DNA of 62,533 bases from a virus (IMGVR_UViG_3300036861_000520:1-62533), one strand, 5' to 3'. Positions 44,423 to 54,644 are shown, numbered from the stretch's first letter. Numbers and translations: made by a program. The notes: generated by a model not told the origin, from the sequence alone.

Positions 44423-46734
44423 GGCGCCACCAGCGAGTATGCCACGAGCCCGTTCGCCGGCACTGCCTCGAAGTTGACGTAGCCGTGTGGATCAGTGGTC
44501 TCCGGTGCAGTGGCGGGCGACGTCACTACCGAGATTGACGGACCAGCCCGCACGCCTTCTGCGGAGAGGAGCGCCTCTAGCGCCCCGTGTCCGAGCACCT
44601 GACGCGTGTAGATCGCAAACGTTGCACCGGCGGCTGGCCACAGTTCCCGCACCATTGGGTTCGCCTGCGGATCGCAGCCCGCACCCGGCACGAATTGCTT
44701 ACCGCCGATCTCCGGCCGGAGCCACTGGGCGAGCTCCGGTCCCAGCGAGTTGCCGAAGCCGTCCTGGTTCGCCGCCTCATACGCCGCGCTGTCGTAGACC
44801 GCGGACCACCCCTCGATCTGATCCAGCCAGCCCACGAACTCCTCTAGCGAGAGCTGCGCGTCGAGGATCGTGCCGGTGCCCGCCCCCGTCAGGTAAGAGA
44901 ACGCCCGCACCGCGCGCCCGTCCTGGGAGAACAGCTCCGTGCAGGCGGTCCGGTCCCCGAGGTTGGACATGCAGGCCGCGCCGTTGTGGGCCGCGTGGAG
45001 CGCGTCGTAGTCCTCGCGCTGGACCGGTGCCCCGAAGTCAAGCTTGAGGTGCGCCACTCCCGGCCCGCCGTGCGCCGCGGGTGACGCCTCGGACGAGAGC
45101 GAGAACCGCTCCATCGTCCACAGAATGGCGTTCGTCTCCAGCGTCAGGAGCACGTCATCGACCCGGCCGAGGTAGAAGGGCGCGTCCGTCGAGAGATTCA
45201 CATCCACGCCGTTGACGCTTGCCGTGGTAGGGAAGTGCAGATCCACCAGGTGATTGACCGTGACGCCGGCCATGTCGGCGGTGAATTCGTAGGTGGCGAC
45301 AAATGGGATCTGGCTCACCGCGAAGGCGTTGGGACGCGAGGAACCTGTCTCGTGGTTGTCCGTCACCACGGCATAGACGCCCCGCACCCGGAGCGTGGCT
45401 GTCGTAGAGGCCACATCCGACGGTTGGGCAAGCCTGATCCACAGGTAGGCATACGAGGACCAGTCCCAGACATACTCGCCTGCTGCGTGCTTCGTGCGGC
45501 TCTCCAGATCCGGGTTGAAGCTCGGCTCCGCGTGGCCGAGCGTGCCGACCCCCAGCCACTTCCGCCACGCCGGTGCATCCGTGCCCACCGCGCCGAGCGT
45601 GAGCGACCAGGAAGAATCGATGCCAATGCCCAGGACCGGGGAGCCGTCCGGCACGATGACGGACAGTTCCGCGAGCAGATCCACCGCCACCGGCAGATAG
45701 CTCTGCCCGCCGCTGGTGGGAGCCTCGAGCGCCGGGTTAGCCCAGATCAGCACCTGTAGATCGTCGACATCCCAGGGAACCGTCTGATCAGCGGCCCAAT
45801 CGGTATCGATCGTCAGCTTCTCGTTGCCGGTGAAGACGGCAGCATCCCACGAGACCTGCCGCAGGTACAGCGTGCCGGTGTAGGGGCAGACAATGGTTCC
45901 GTTGTTCTCGGTCACCACTTCCGCGGCCGTGGTCACGCCGTTCGTGGCCTTGAGCACGTCCACATCGTAAGCCAGCGCCCAGGACGGCTGGAACCCCTGT
46001 GTGCCGCCACCCGTCCCCGAGCCGTTCGCGCTGCCGGAACCCACTCCCAGCAAGATGCCATCATCCAGCCCAGAGGTATCTACCGACACGCCGTTGATCG
46101 TCATTGAACGGAACGTGGCTCCTGAATAGCCGAATGGGCGGCCTGCCACGGCTTCAAGAATACAGCCGAATACCACTGTGTCATACAAGCCACGCTCCAC
46201 AGGCGTCATTCCTGGGTTAGGTGTCGTCTGCCAGCCTGCGTTCCAGCCAGGCCCCATCCCAGTTGGGTTCCACCAACCGGTGACGGCACTTGCTGACCCA
46301 AGCGACGTTTCCCGCTTCGTGTTCTCGTCACCAAACCATTTATATGTAATCTTATAATGCTGTGCAAACTGTGGATACTCCGTCGTCCCGATCAGTTCGA
46401 TCCGTACCCCGAGCCGCCACGGTCCGGTAGTCTCCGCGAAGTCCAGATCCTGCGTCATTTCGCCTGTGCCGTCGTGGCACTGGTAATCGATGAAGTCTAC
46501 GAGCGTAGACACGCAGAATTCAGGGATGCTGGCATAAGCGGAATGGCTGGTGAACTGATCAGGTGGGAAGTTGGGGCAGAGGACGGAGTTATCGATGGAC
46601 GCGGTCCCGATCAGCGTCCACGAGCCGATCTTGAGGCTCTGCTGGATGGTGTGCATCAGGAGCCGGACCGTCGCCGTGGTGGTGACGCTTCCGGTGATGC
46701 CCGTATCCACATACCCCGGCAGGGCGAGGCTCAC
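44419..46734 (-). CDS. Large minor tail protein
   Basis: 771 aa beta-rich ORF in the tail operon. Confidence 0.65.
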   Translation of the reverse strand: MSLALPGYVDTGITGSVTTTATVRLLMHTIQQSLKIGSWTLIGTASIDNSVLCPNFPPDQFTSHSAYASIPEFCVSTLVDFIDYQCHDGTGEMTQDLDFAETTGPWRLGVRIELIGTTEYPQFAQHYKITYKWFGDENTKRETSLGSASAVTGWWNPTGMGPGWNAGWQTTPNPGMTPVERGLYDTVVFGCILEAVAGRPFGYSGATFRSMTINGVSVDTSGLDDGILLGVGSGSANGSGTGGGTQGFQPSWALAYDVDVLKATNGVTTAAEVVTENNGTIVCPYTGTLYLRQVSWDAAVFTGNEKLTIDTDWAADQTVPWDVDDLQVLIWANPALEAPTSGGQSYLPVAVDLLAELSVIVPDGSPVLGIGIDSSWSLTLGAVGTDAPAWRKWLGVGTLGHAEPSFNPDLESRTKHAAGEYVWDWSSYAYLWIRLAQPSDVASTTATLRVRGVYAVVTDNHETGSSRPNAFAVSQIPFVATYEFTADMAGVTVNHLVDLHFPTTASVNGVDVNLSTDAPFYLGRVDDVLLTLETNAILWTMERFSLSSEASPAAHGGPGVAHLKLDFGAPVQREDYDALHAAHNGAACMSNLGDRTACTELFSQDGRAVRAFSYLTGAGTGTILDAQLSLEEFVGWLDQIEGWSAVYDSAAYEAANQDGFGNSLGPELAQWLRPEIGGKQFVPGAGCDPQANPMVRELWPAAGATFAIYTRQVLGHGALEALLSAEGVRAGPSISVVTSPATAPETTDPHGYVNFEAVPANGLVAYSLVAP

Positions 46735-46934
46735 GTGGTGAAGGTCCCAATGATCGTGTCGATACCGACGAGGTACTTCCCGGTCTGGTCCAGGATGTCA
46801 CCCTCGCGCGGGTTGATACCCGCAAGCCCTGCGGCTCGCACAGGAAAGAGTTCTTCCTGCCGCGCCCCATGTGGCCGTGCACGTCGCGCACTCTCGCGGA
46901 ACGCATCACGGATGCGTTCTTCTTCGTAAGCCAT
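46731..46934 (-). CDS. Small tail-operon protein
   Basis: Coupled ORF. Confidence 0.55.
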   Translation of the reverse strand: MAYEEERIRDAFRESARRARPHGARQEELFPVRAAGLAGINPREGDILDQTGKYLVGIDTIIGTFTT

Positions 46935-46935
46935 G

Positions 46936-49530
46936 TCAGACCCCAATCCCTGGATAGTCCCCGGCCGTCAGACTGGCGACCACCGGGTTACCCGCCGCAT
47001 CAATGGGCGGAAGCTTCTCGCAGGTTAGTGTCGTGCGCCAGACGTAGGTCCCAGATGCTCCGGTTCCGCGGCCGAGCAGTTCCCACCCGAGGTGTGTTAC
47101 CAGGTGGTCGCCCTTCACCGTGCCTTTAAGCTTTACCACCCGGCCGAGTTCGACTTCGTTCGGGCTGAACTGCCACGGAGCGATGGGCACCCGTATCTGC
47201 CAGCCCTGCTCCCGTCGCCCCAACCGCCGCAGGAGATACCGCGCAATCTGTTCCGCTGCGCCCTTCCCTACAGCCAGTTTCGCGACGATGGTGAGGACGC
47301 GTTCTTCTCCGAGGAAGTCCGCTGGATTGGAGAGATCCGTCCAACTGGTCGTGTTCTTGTCGATTGCGTGGAACGGTCGGTCAGGGTCGCCCTTATTGCC
47401 CTTCGGGTCCTTCCCAGTCACTCGCACAGAGTTGCAGACCATCGGATTCACGTAGCGTTCCGGTGACGCCTCGAAGCACTGGCCCGGGACGCTGGCGGTC
47501 GTCGCTTCGGCGTGGGTGCGGTAGATGGTGGCGGAGACGAAATAAGGCTCGCCGTTGAGCAGCGCCGTGATGATATCTGGGTGATACCGGATCTTCGTGC
47601 CCACCTCGTAGAACTGCCAGCCACGCCACTCTCTCGCGACCCGCTGGCAATATTGGATGCGGTGCTCCGACCAGTCCGGCGCCCAAGGGTCGTCTACATC
47701 CTGACCATCCGCTCCCACCAACTGATCAGGGGTGCCAGGCAGGCGCGCGATCTCGGTGCCGGAATAGAGATCGGTGTGGAAGGTAAAAAACGCCGTATCG
47801 GTCACGTCGAACCCCGACTTCTTCAGGGCGTCCTTAATGGCGAAGTCGTGCTCGATCTCTCCGCCCCCATCCGGGTTGACGATGGTAGGAGAGAACAGCC
47901 ACTCCTGATCGAGCCGCTGGAGCAGGCCGTGTGTCTCCAGGTGGTATCGCCGCCACGGCGCCGGACCGGTCCCGGAAGCCTCGGTGAGCAATTCGACCAG
48001 TGGTGCTTCGTGCATCCACCCACGCGCCAGGACGGTCATTGTGAGCGGGTCTGCATCGCCTGGGTCATCACGCAGGACGTGGACCCCATACTGCTCGCGA
48101 AGGTCCAGTCCGTTGAAGGCGAGCAGGCCGAGGTCCGGTTCCGTCACCTCGAAGCTGATGCGCTTCCCTAATGGCTCACGCAGGCTCATTTCAACCTTCA
48201 GGTTGGCAAACTGCGTATCATCGAGCAGCAGAGGGTCGGTGGCACGCGTAGTCCGCTTGACTGGAAACTTCACGGTCACGAACTTGATCTGCGGGGCGAG
48301 GTAAGGCGCGCCGTAGCGAGTGGAACCGGGCTCCAGAGTGACGACGAAGGAGCCCTCGAAGTGTGTGCCGTCCGAGTTCCAGATGATGCCGGCTTCGTCC
48401 TGAAGCGCGAACTCCAGCGCCTCATCATCGTCATTCAGGATCTCATTAATGCTCGTCGGTGTGGTGATACGTGTCAGGTTGGAGAGGTCGGCGTCGGTCG
48501 GATGCATCAACCTTAGGATGTTAATCGTCGGGTCCTCGTTGGGCTTGTAAAGCTCACCGAGGGAGAACATCTTAGGGATAGTCCCGCCGACCGCGAGGAT
48601 GCCGGATTGGATGTCATCCGTGCTTGCCCGGTCATATCCGACCACCTGAACCTGGAAGCCGAACGCGCTTTCGGTTGGTGCGGCCCACCACCAGGAAGCG
48701 GTTTTGAAGAGGAGCCCTGGGTTGCCGGTATCGGAGTCCCGCAATGCAAAAAGTGCGCTCTCGCCGCGGAAGACATCCACAAAGAGGTGGTCGAGACCGA
48801 CAGGATGCATCGCAATCTGGTACTGCCTCGGCGTGATGGATGGATCTGGGATACCCGCCCTCGGCGCGTCGATCCCTTTCCCGAGCTTCACGGACTGCAG
48901 CAGTTCCCACGTTTGACGAGTGCCATCCGGGCTCCGCAGGATGTGCAGCGCCGGCCCGTTGACCAGGAAGGCTAGGTCCGAGAACCCGAATACGGTCCAG
49001 TCATAGGGCTCCGGGTATTGGATGAGTTTGATGAACGGGTGGAAGTCAGCCTTGCCAGAGAGCGGGTGTCCGGTGGGTGTCTCGGACGCAAACGCAATCG
49101 TCCGCATCGTGGTCGGCATGGCGAGGTTCGCCGCCGCGCCCATCGCAGCGAAGTCGGTCGAGTCGAACGGCGCGGCCGTGGCGAGGACCTGCACCTCTAC
49201 GGCCTGGTTGTTATTGTAGGACGCCCCGGCCGGAGTGCGGGAGAGTTCGTATTCGTGGACGCTGACCCCGCTCGTGAAGGTCCAGTTGATGCGCCTCACA
49301 ACGTGAAAGAACATCCGGGGATCCTGATACCAGCCCGGCCGGTGATGGAGCGGCGCCGGCAGGAGCCAGTTGCTCCCGGGTGGGTTCCAGAAGGCGTTGT
49401 AACCCGTCCCGCCCTGCTGGGTGTTCAGGAGCTTCGCGAGTTGCGCCCCGGTCAGGAGCCGATCCCAGCCCGGCTCCTCACACCGGTCGTAGTCCTCCGG
49501 GTCGAGGTAGATATAGACCCTACCCGCCAT
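46936..49530 (-). CDS. Tail tip/hub-like protein
   Basis: 864 aa after the tape measure; NSVRVTG...IARYLLRRL...VELGRVV hub-like C-terminus. Confidence 0.65.
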   Translation of the reverse strand: MAGRVYIYLDPEDYDRCEEPGWDRLLTGAQLAKLLNTQQGGTGYNAFWNPPGSNWLLPAPLHHRPGWYQDPRMFFHVVRRINWTFTSGVSVHEYELSRTPAGASYNNNQAVEVQVLATAAPFDSTDFAAMGAAANLAMPTTMRTIAFASETPTGHPLSGKADFHPFIKLIQYPEPYDWTVFGFSDLAFLVNGPALHILRSPDGTRQTWELLQSVKLGKGIDAPRAGIPDPSITPRQYQIAMHPVGLDHLFVDVFRGESALFALRDSDTGNPGLLFKTASWWWAAPTESAFGFQVQVVGYDRASTDDIQSGILAVGGTIPKMFSLGELYKPNEDPTINILRLMHPTDADLSNLTRITTPTSINEILNDDDEALEFALQDEAGIIWNSDGTHFEGSFVVTLEPGSTRYGAPYLAPQIKFVTVKFPVKRTTRATDPLLLDDTQFANLKVEMSLREPLGKRISFEVTEPDLGLLAFNGLDLREQYGVHVLRDDPGDADPLTMTVLARGWMHEAPLVELLTEASGTGPAPWRRYHLETHGLLQRLDQEWLFSPTIVNPDGGGEIEHDFAIKDALKKSGFDVTDTAFFTFHTDLYSGTEIARLPGTPDQLVGADGQDVDDPWAPDWSEHRIQYCQRVAREWRGWQFYEVGTKIRYHPDIITALLNGEPYFVSATIYRTHAEATTASVPGQCFEASPERYVNPMVCNSVRVTGKDPKGNKGDPDRPFHAIDKNTTSWTDLSNPADFLGEERVLTIVAKLAVGKGAAEQIARYLLRRLGRREQGWQIRVPIAPWQFSPNEVELGRVVKLKGTVKGDHLVTHLGWELLGRGTGASGTYVWRTTLTCEKLPPIDAAGNPVVASLTAGDYPGIGV

Positions 49531-49720
49531 TTAGCCACCGCAGGACGATCACGCGGAGCAGGTTAAACGGGTTCGGGAACTCACCATAGACGACCCAACA
49601 GCCGACGTAAGCCGCCAGAAGAAGGACCCAGATCAGAGCCATCCGCACCTGCCGTTGATTGCGCCGGATGACCTGGGGGGAACGATACCCCGGCGGCGGT
49701 CCCGCCATTCGCCTCATCAT
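49520..49720 (-). CDS. 66 aa membrane protein between tape measure and tail tip
   Basis: ATGA overlap; MALIWVLLLAAYVGCWVVY. Confidence 0.55.
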   Translation of the reverse strand: MMRRMAGPPPGYRSPQVIRRNQRQVRMALIWVLLLAAYVGCWVVYGEFPNPFNLLRVIVLRWLNGG

Positions 49721-51222
49721 GTGATCACCTGCCTGAGCGTCGCAACACCGACCTGTTGCGCGCCGGGGACCGTCTTCGTGTCGAATGCGGTGCCGCGCCG
49801 GAGCGCCTTCAATTCGTCCAGTTGCGCCTGTAGCAGCGCGGTCTGCTTCTGCGCCTCGGTCTGTGCCGGAGACTTCGCGGGATCCGCTTTGCGTGCGTCT
49901 TCTTGTCCGAGGTAGGTAGAGAGGACACCGGCGATACCACCGACCGCAACCCCCACGGCTGTTCCGATAGGCCCGCCCAGTGACCCAACCAAGGCCCCCA
50001 TCGACGCGCCTTCCAGGCCGGCAAAGAGCAAATCCTTTGTTTCCTGCCCGCCCGGCACGTTCTTGGGCGGGAGCATCTGCACGCCTATGGCGCCGAGTTG
50101 CGCGATGGTCGCGACGCCGCCCGGCGACTTCAGGAACCCGCCCGCCCGCGACAGGAACCCGCCTCCAGCCGCGGCCGCTGCCCCTGTGCTGCCTGCGCCA
50201 ATGATCGGAGCACCTGCAGCAGTGAACCCTGGAGGCGGGCCCGCCTGAACCCGGTTCATCTGCCGGGCAACATTCCCCAGCGCCCCGGCCTGGGTGTTCG
50301 CCGCTGCCGCGGCCTTCAGTGTCTCGTTCGTCAGGCGCGCGTTGGCCCCGGCGAGGTTCCCTGCCTGGATGACCGACCACGCCAGCCGGCCCGAGACCAC
50401 GAGCAGCGCCACGGCCGCCGCGCCGGCCCCCAGCGCAATAGCCCCGAACACCTCGGGTGGCGCCTTCGAGAGCGCGTTCGTGAAGTGCGACACGCCCTGC
50501 ACGAGGCTGTTCAGCGGGGCGAGCGCGCCCCCGATGCCTTCCTGGATGTTGTGCATGTCGGTATTGATGGCCTGGAACGCACCCCCCATCGAGGCGCGGA
50601 ACTTCTCGGCCGCCGGTCCGCCCTGCGCGTCCAGTGCCGCAGCAATCAACTTCACCCGGCCGGCGACGTCGGAAGCCTTGAAGGCCACCTCATCGAGGAT
50701 GATGCCAGAGCGCCGCAGCGCCGTCGGCTCACCGGTCTGGACAGCTTTCCCGACCTGGTTACTCACCTGCTCCGCCGTCAACCCGAGCGCCTTCAGCGCC
50801 TCGGTCGCATTGAGGATCGGCAAGACGAGTGACTCTGCATCGCCCTTCCCGACCTGGAAGGTGCCGAGAATGCCGGCCAATGAGGCAATCTTACCGTCAT
50901 CGATGCCGGTGAGATCGGAGAGGCGCGTGGAGAACGCCTGCAGGTCGTTGACCGGGAACGCGCCCTTGAAGTTGTCGCTGGCCCGCTGGAAGCTCGCCGC
51001 TTCATCGTCCGCCGCGACGGCCGCCTGCCCCAGCGCCGCGATGATCCCCAGCCCGGCAGCACCGGCGCCGATCGCCATTCCGAGCTGCTTGCGCGTGAGA
51101 TCGTCCAGCTTGCCGCCGAGGATGCCCGCTGCCGCCGCCGCCTGCCCGAACCCGGCGGTGTACTGGCCGAGGCCGACCAGGTCCAGCCGGGTCTGTAGGA
51201 TGTCCTCGGCGACAGCAGGCAC
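49717..51222 (-). CDS. Tape measure protein (short, 501 aa)
   Basis: Ala/Gly-rich helical with TM-like stretches; VGKA...LRRSGI motif; follows the chaperone. Confidence 0.75.
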   Translation of the reverse strand: MPAVAEDILQTRLDLVGLGQYTAGFGQAAAAAGILGGKLDDLTRKQLGMAIGAGAAGLGIIAALGQAAVAADDEAASFQRASDNFKGAFPVNDLQAFSTRLSDLTGIDDGKIASLAGILGTFQVGKGDAESLVLPILNATEALKALGLTAEQVSNQVGKAVQTGEPTALRRSGIILDEVAFKASDVAGRVKLIAAALDAQGGPAAEKFRASMGGAFQAINTDMHNIQEGIGGALAPLNSLVQGVSHFTNALSKAPPEVFGAIALGAGAAAVALLVVSGRLAWSVIQAGNLAGANARLTNETLKAAAAANTQAGALGNVARQMNRVQAGPPPGFTAAGAPIIGAGSTGAAAAAGGGFLSRAGGFLKSPGGVATIAQLGAIGVQMLPPKNVPGGQETKDLLFAGLEGASMGALVGSLGGPIGTAVGVAVGGIAGVLSTYLGQEDARKADPAKSPAQTEAQKQTALLQAQLDELKALRRGTAFDTKTVPGAQQVGVATLRQVIT

Positions 51223-51225
51223 GGC

Positions 51226-52101
51226 TTACCCCACCCCCGCCAATTCGCGCTCCGGCGTGAAGGAACACTCGGCCGGCTCGGCGTCTTCCGGCGGCAGCCC
51301 CAGGACCATCCGCATCAGTGCCAGATCACCCGCTCCCAGCGGCGTCCCGCGCCGCGTCATAGAGCAGACGGAGCTCACGAAGTCCGAGAACGCGCTCCGT
51401 ATCGAGGCGGGCGGTGAGTCCGTGTTCCACCGCGAAAGCAACGTCTCGCCCCAACTCCCCATTAAGCCGAAAAAATCCGTCAGCGCCTCTTTCATCTGTG
51501 CCGCTTCGCTCTGGCCGTTGGCGAGCCGGTCCGAAAGCTTGGCAATCTGCTCCGCTGCCTCGCCCCACCCCGGATTGAGGCGCAGCGCATCCGCGTCCTC
51601 GGGCTGGAACACACGTGGCGAGTTGGGCCCCGGCCCCTGTCGGCACACCCAAATAGCCTGCCAGACGTGAGTGCGGAAGTGCGTCTGGATCTGCAGGTCG
51701 TGAGCCACATACTGCGCCCCGACGGCATCGAGCGCCTCTTTGAACGCGCCGGCCTTTCGGAGTTCTTCGGCAATCCGCAGGTTCAGGTCCAACCGTTCCG
51801 AGATGGAGAGCGGGTGCACCCACACCCAGGATCCGTCCGGCATCACGTAGCGTTCAGCGCGGTTCTCCAGCGGCTGATAGAGCGAGTTCCGGTCGAAGCA
51901 GCCTGTCAGGCCCGGTGCCGTGGTGGCTGTGGATGCTGCGATGGGTGCGGTAGGCCGGAGAACCGCATCCTCGCGCCGGCCGTTCTTCGCGAGATCCACC
52001 AGGTAAGCCTGTCTGGCAGCCCAATCGTCAGCCGCGATACCGTCGAGCTTCGGATCGTAGAATGCCTCACCCTGCGTCTCGTGCGGCGGTGCTTTTGCCA
52101 T
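51226..52101 (-). CDS. Tail assembly chaperone with candidate -1 slippery site T TTT TTC (51475-51469)
   Basis: Located between tail tube and tape measure; in-frame GAT TTT TTC. Confidence 0.65.
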   Translation of the reverse strand: MAKAPPHETQGEAFYDPKLDGIAADDWAARQAYLVDLAKNGRREDAVLRPTAPIAASTATTAPGLTGCFDRNSLYQPLENRAERYVMPDGSWVWVHPLSISERLDLNLRIAEELRKAGAFKEALDAVGAQYVAHDLQIQTHFRTHVWQAIWVCRQGPGPNSPRVFQPEDADALRLNPGWGEAAEQIAKLSDRLANGQSEAAQMKEALTDFFGLMGSWGETLLSRWNTDSPPASIRSAFSDFVSSVCSMTRRGTPLGAGDLALMRMVLGLPPEDAEPAECSFTPERELAGVG

Positions 52102-52142
52102 TGGCGCGCGCCTCCATTTCGCGCTTTGCTCCAGAGATGATA

Positions 52143-52201
52143 GCACCGGGGAAAGCGGCCTGGAGGATCCGCCGTGTCGGGAGCGACCCTATCCCCGGTG
52201 C
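52143..52201 (-). ncRNA. Three-way-junction-like structured element between tail tube and chaperone genes
   Basis: 10-bp outer stem GCACCGGGGA/TCCCCGGTGC enclosing two small hairpins. Confidence 0.45.
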
Positions 52202-52213
52202 ATTATCCGCCGG

Positions 52214-52612
52214 TTAGGTGGCCGGCGACAGGTCCCAGGTCGGAGCGACGCCTGCCGTGATGCCGCGAATGTGGATCTTGATCATGTCGTCGAAAGCCGC
52301 TTCGATCCGGAACTCGTCCACCAGCATCGTGCCGGACACAATGCCGTTCGTGTCCGCAGTCAGGACCTTGCAGACGAAAGCCACTTTCGTTCCGCGCAGT
52401 GCGTTCGGGATGACGTACGGGTTCGCCACGTCGAGGAACGCGTCAGCCTCGACCACGAACTTGCCGCGAAGGCTGTTGTTGTCCTCCCACACGTCACCAG
52501 CCGCGGTCGCGTTGACATTTACGTCGGTGTCCGTGTAAGTCCACCCGTGGAGTGCCGAGACCGCTACCGAATTCGCCAGGAAGGCGCACAGGCCCCCATC
52601 TCTCCGTGCCAT
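52214..52612 (-). CDS. Major tail tube protein
   Basis: 132 aa; GWTYTD...TAAGD.W...G...SGTMLV TP901-like tube pattern; position. Confidence 0.7.
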   Translation of the reverse strand: MARRDGGLCAFLANSVAVSALHGWTYTDTDVNVNATAAGDVWEDNNSLRGKFVVEADAFLDVANPYVIPNALRGTKVAFVCKVLTADTNGIVSGTMLVDEFRIEAAFDDMIKIHIRGITAGVAPTWDLSPAT

Positions 52613-52615
52613 CGC

Positions 52616-53107
52616 TTACCCTCCCACCGTATTCGCGGATAGCGCCCGCAGGACGTGCCGCCGCCGCACTTCCAGGATGCGCGCCCGCTTGTTGCTGATC
52701 GCCTCTTCCTGCCACTGGACGGACCGCACGCCAGCACTCACGATGCGCCGGCCCTGCGAGGTGCCCAGCCGATACCGCGGCCCCGCATACTTGACGTTAT
52801 TGGTCAGGATGAGGACCGGCCCCACCACCCGAAAGCCCTCGTTCCGCTTGAGCGCACCGCTCCTCGACCACTGCCCGTGCTTCCCCTTCGTGGTCTTGTT
52901 CCGCACCGGCGCGTTCTTGCCTAGCCGCCGGTTAGCGGACGCCTTCAGCGGGATTGGGACATCGTAAATCTCGCTCTGCAGGATGCGCTTGCACTCGCCG
53001 GAGACCTCCGGGCCCAGGACGCGCGCCGCCTCGGTCAGTTCGCGGACTACCGCGCCCTTCCGCCGGTTCATCGCCTGGATTATGCTTCCCACGTTATGGG
53101 TGATCAT
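52616..53107 (-). CDS. Neck/tail completion protein (HK97 gp10-like)
   Basis: Basic; RSGALKR...NNVKYA motif. Confidence 0.55.
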   Translation of the reverse strand: MITHNVGSIIQAMNRRKGAVVRELTEAARVLGPEVSGECKRILQSEIYDVPIPLKASANRRLGKNAPVRNKTTKGKHGQWSRSGALKRNEGFRVVGPVLILTNNVKYAGPRYRLGTSQGRRIVSAGVRSVQWQEEAISNKRARILEVRRRHVLRALSANTVGG

Positions 53108-53637
53108 CCGTTCACCAGGTCCCAGGAACCGATGTCGTCTCGCTCGTCCTGCAGTGCCTCTCGCTCGCTCGGCGTCCGGTCGCTGCTCGTGCTCGTGAAG
53201 GTGCTGGAGACCGCCGCCGGCATCGCGAATGGAGTGCTCGCCTGGATGCCCGTAAATGCCAGGTTCACCAACTCCAGCCCTCGGTTTCGCAGCCGTTCCG
53301 ATGCATCCGCAATCTCTCGCGCATCTTCCATCCGAAGCGGCGAGTGGCTCCCTGTGACCTTCTGCACCTCTGGCGACGTGAGCGCCGCACCGCCGATCAG
53401 ATAGGCCACCGCGCGCCGCAGGAGCCCTGCCTGCCGCTGCGTCCAGCCATCCCCGTCGAAGGCGTCCTCACCCACGATCAGGGCCACCTCGCCCTCGGCG
53501 TCCGGTGTGAGAGCTTCCAGCCAGGCCAGGAAGACCGCGGCGGTCGAGTCCTCAATGAACGCGTTGAGGCCCGTCCAGTTGACGATCTCCGCACCGCTCG
53601 GCGCCTGGTAATAGAAGCCCGTCGCTGCCACGATCAC
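53104..53637 (-). CDS. Putative head-tail adaptor
   Basis: Helical, LRRAVAYL; position. Confidence 0.5.
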   Translation of the reverse strand: MIVAATGFYYQAPSGAEIVNWTGLNAFIEDSTAAVFLAWLEALTPDAEGEVALIVGEDAFDGDGWTQRQAGLLRRAVAYLIGGAALTSPEVQKVTGSHSPLRMEDAREIADASERLRNRGLELVNLAFTGIQASTPFAMPAAVSSTFTSTSSDRTPSEREALQDERDDIGSWDLVNG

Positions 53638-53703
53638 CCCTCAAATGCACGGGGCAGGCCGGCTTCGCGCACAGCCCGCCCCTCTGCCTGAATACGACAA
53701 ACG

Positions 53704-54159
53704 TTACTCGTAGCGCGTCAGGATCGCTTTGTTGATCCGCCACTGCGAATCGTTGTCCGCATCTGTGATGTTGCCCCGGAGCCGCACGTGGCTTCCGAGC
53801 AGGTGCATCACGAACACGGTCGAGGCCGTGGTCCCATCCGCCGCCGCCTTCCGCGCGGGAGCCGTGGCCCCGGCCGGCGAGTGGATCAATTCGTTGACCG
53901 CCGCGACCACACCACCTGCCATCGTGCCGGCTGCCGCGCAGTCCCACCAGACCGTTCCACCGTCGAAGCTGGTCTGCAGGATCGGCACGAACGAATCGCC
54001 GCCATCGCCCGCGAGCCCCTCGTAATTGAGATGGAGCACCCAGTTTTTGGTTGGGCACCCCCGAAGCAGGACCGCAGTCGTCACGTCGGTGGTGCCCGGG
54101 GTGACGTTGGTCAACGTGCGAGCCGCCCCACCGAGCAGATCGACGTGCTGCTGGCTCAC
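53704..54159 (-). CDS. Beta-sandwich structural protein
   Basis: LQTSFDGGTVWWD...LLGSHVRLR. Confidence 0.55.
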   Translation of the reverse strand: MSQQHVDLLGGAARTLTNVTPGTTDVTTAVLLRGCPTKNWVLHLNYEGLAGDGGDSFVPILQTSFDGGTVWWDCAAAGTMAGGVVAAVNELIHSPAGATAPARKAAADGTTASTVFVMHLLGSHVRLRGNITDADNDSQWRINKAILTRYE

Positions 54160-54389
54160 CGTCTACCTCGCGGCTTCGGCGCCTGCACTGGCTCGGGCAC
54201 CTCGGGCACCTCGGGCTCCTCGACTTCCGCCAGATCGATCACCACGCACGTTCCCCGCTCGATGTGGCCCTGCAGGAACCCGGCGAACCGCTCATCGTCC
54301 GGGAACTCGTACTCACCCGGGCCCCAGGCTGTGAAGCCCGAGGCCCGGTGGTGAAGCCCCCCCGGCGCCATAACGCGGATGCGCGGCAC
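54156..54389 (-). CDS. Hypothetical protein
   Basis: Coupled ORF; EVPEVPEP repeat. Confidence 0.55.
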   Translation of the reverse strand: MPRIRVMAPGGLHHRASGFTAWGPGEYEFPDDERFAGFLQGHIERGTCVVIDLAEVEEPEVPEVPEPVQAPKPRGRR

Positions 54390-54641
54390 TTACCCGCCCG
54401 CCTCGACCGGTTCAGGAACCGGCGACACGATGCGCTTGCCGTTCCGGTCCTTCGCCGTCGGCTCAACCGTCATTGGCACGCACACGCCTTCCGCTGCCGG
54501 CGCCGCCTCTGAAGCTACTGCCTTCGCAAGCAGGTTCTCGATCACTGCCAGCGCGCCGGATGCGCGGTGGAAGTTCGCGAGGTGCGACTCCCGCTGCTGC
54601 AGGAGCGCCGCCCTCTCGATCTCAAGCTGTTTCCGATCCAC
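54390..54641 (-). CDS. Small coiled-coil protein (fibre assembly candidate)
   Basis: Directly follows the fibre-like gene. Confidence 0.55.
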   Translation of the reverse strand: MDRKQLEIERAALLQQRESHLANFHRASGALAVIENLLAKAVASEAAPAAEGVCVPMTVEPTAKDRNGKRIVSPVPEPVEAGG

Positions 54642-54644
54642 TGG

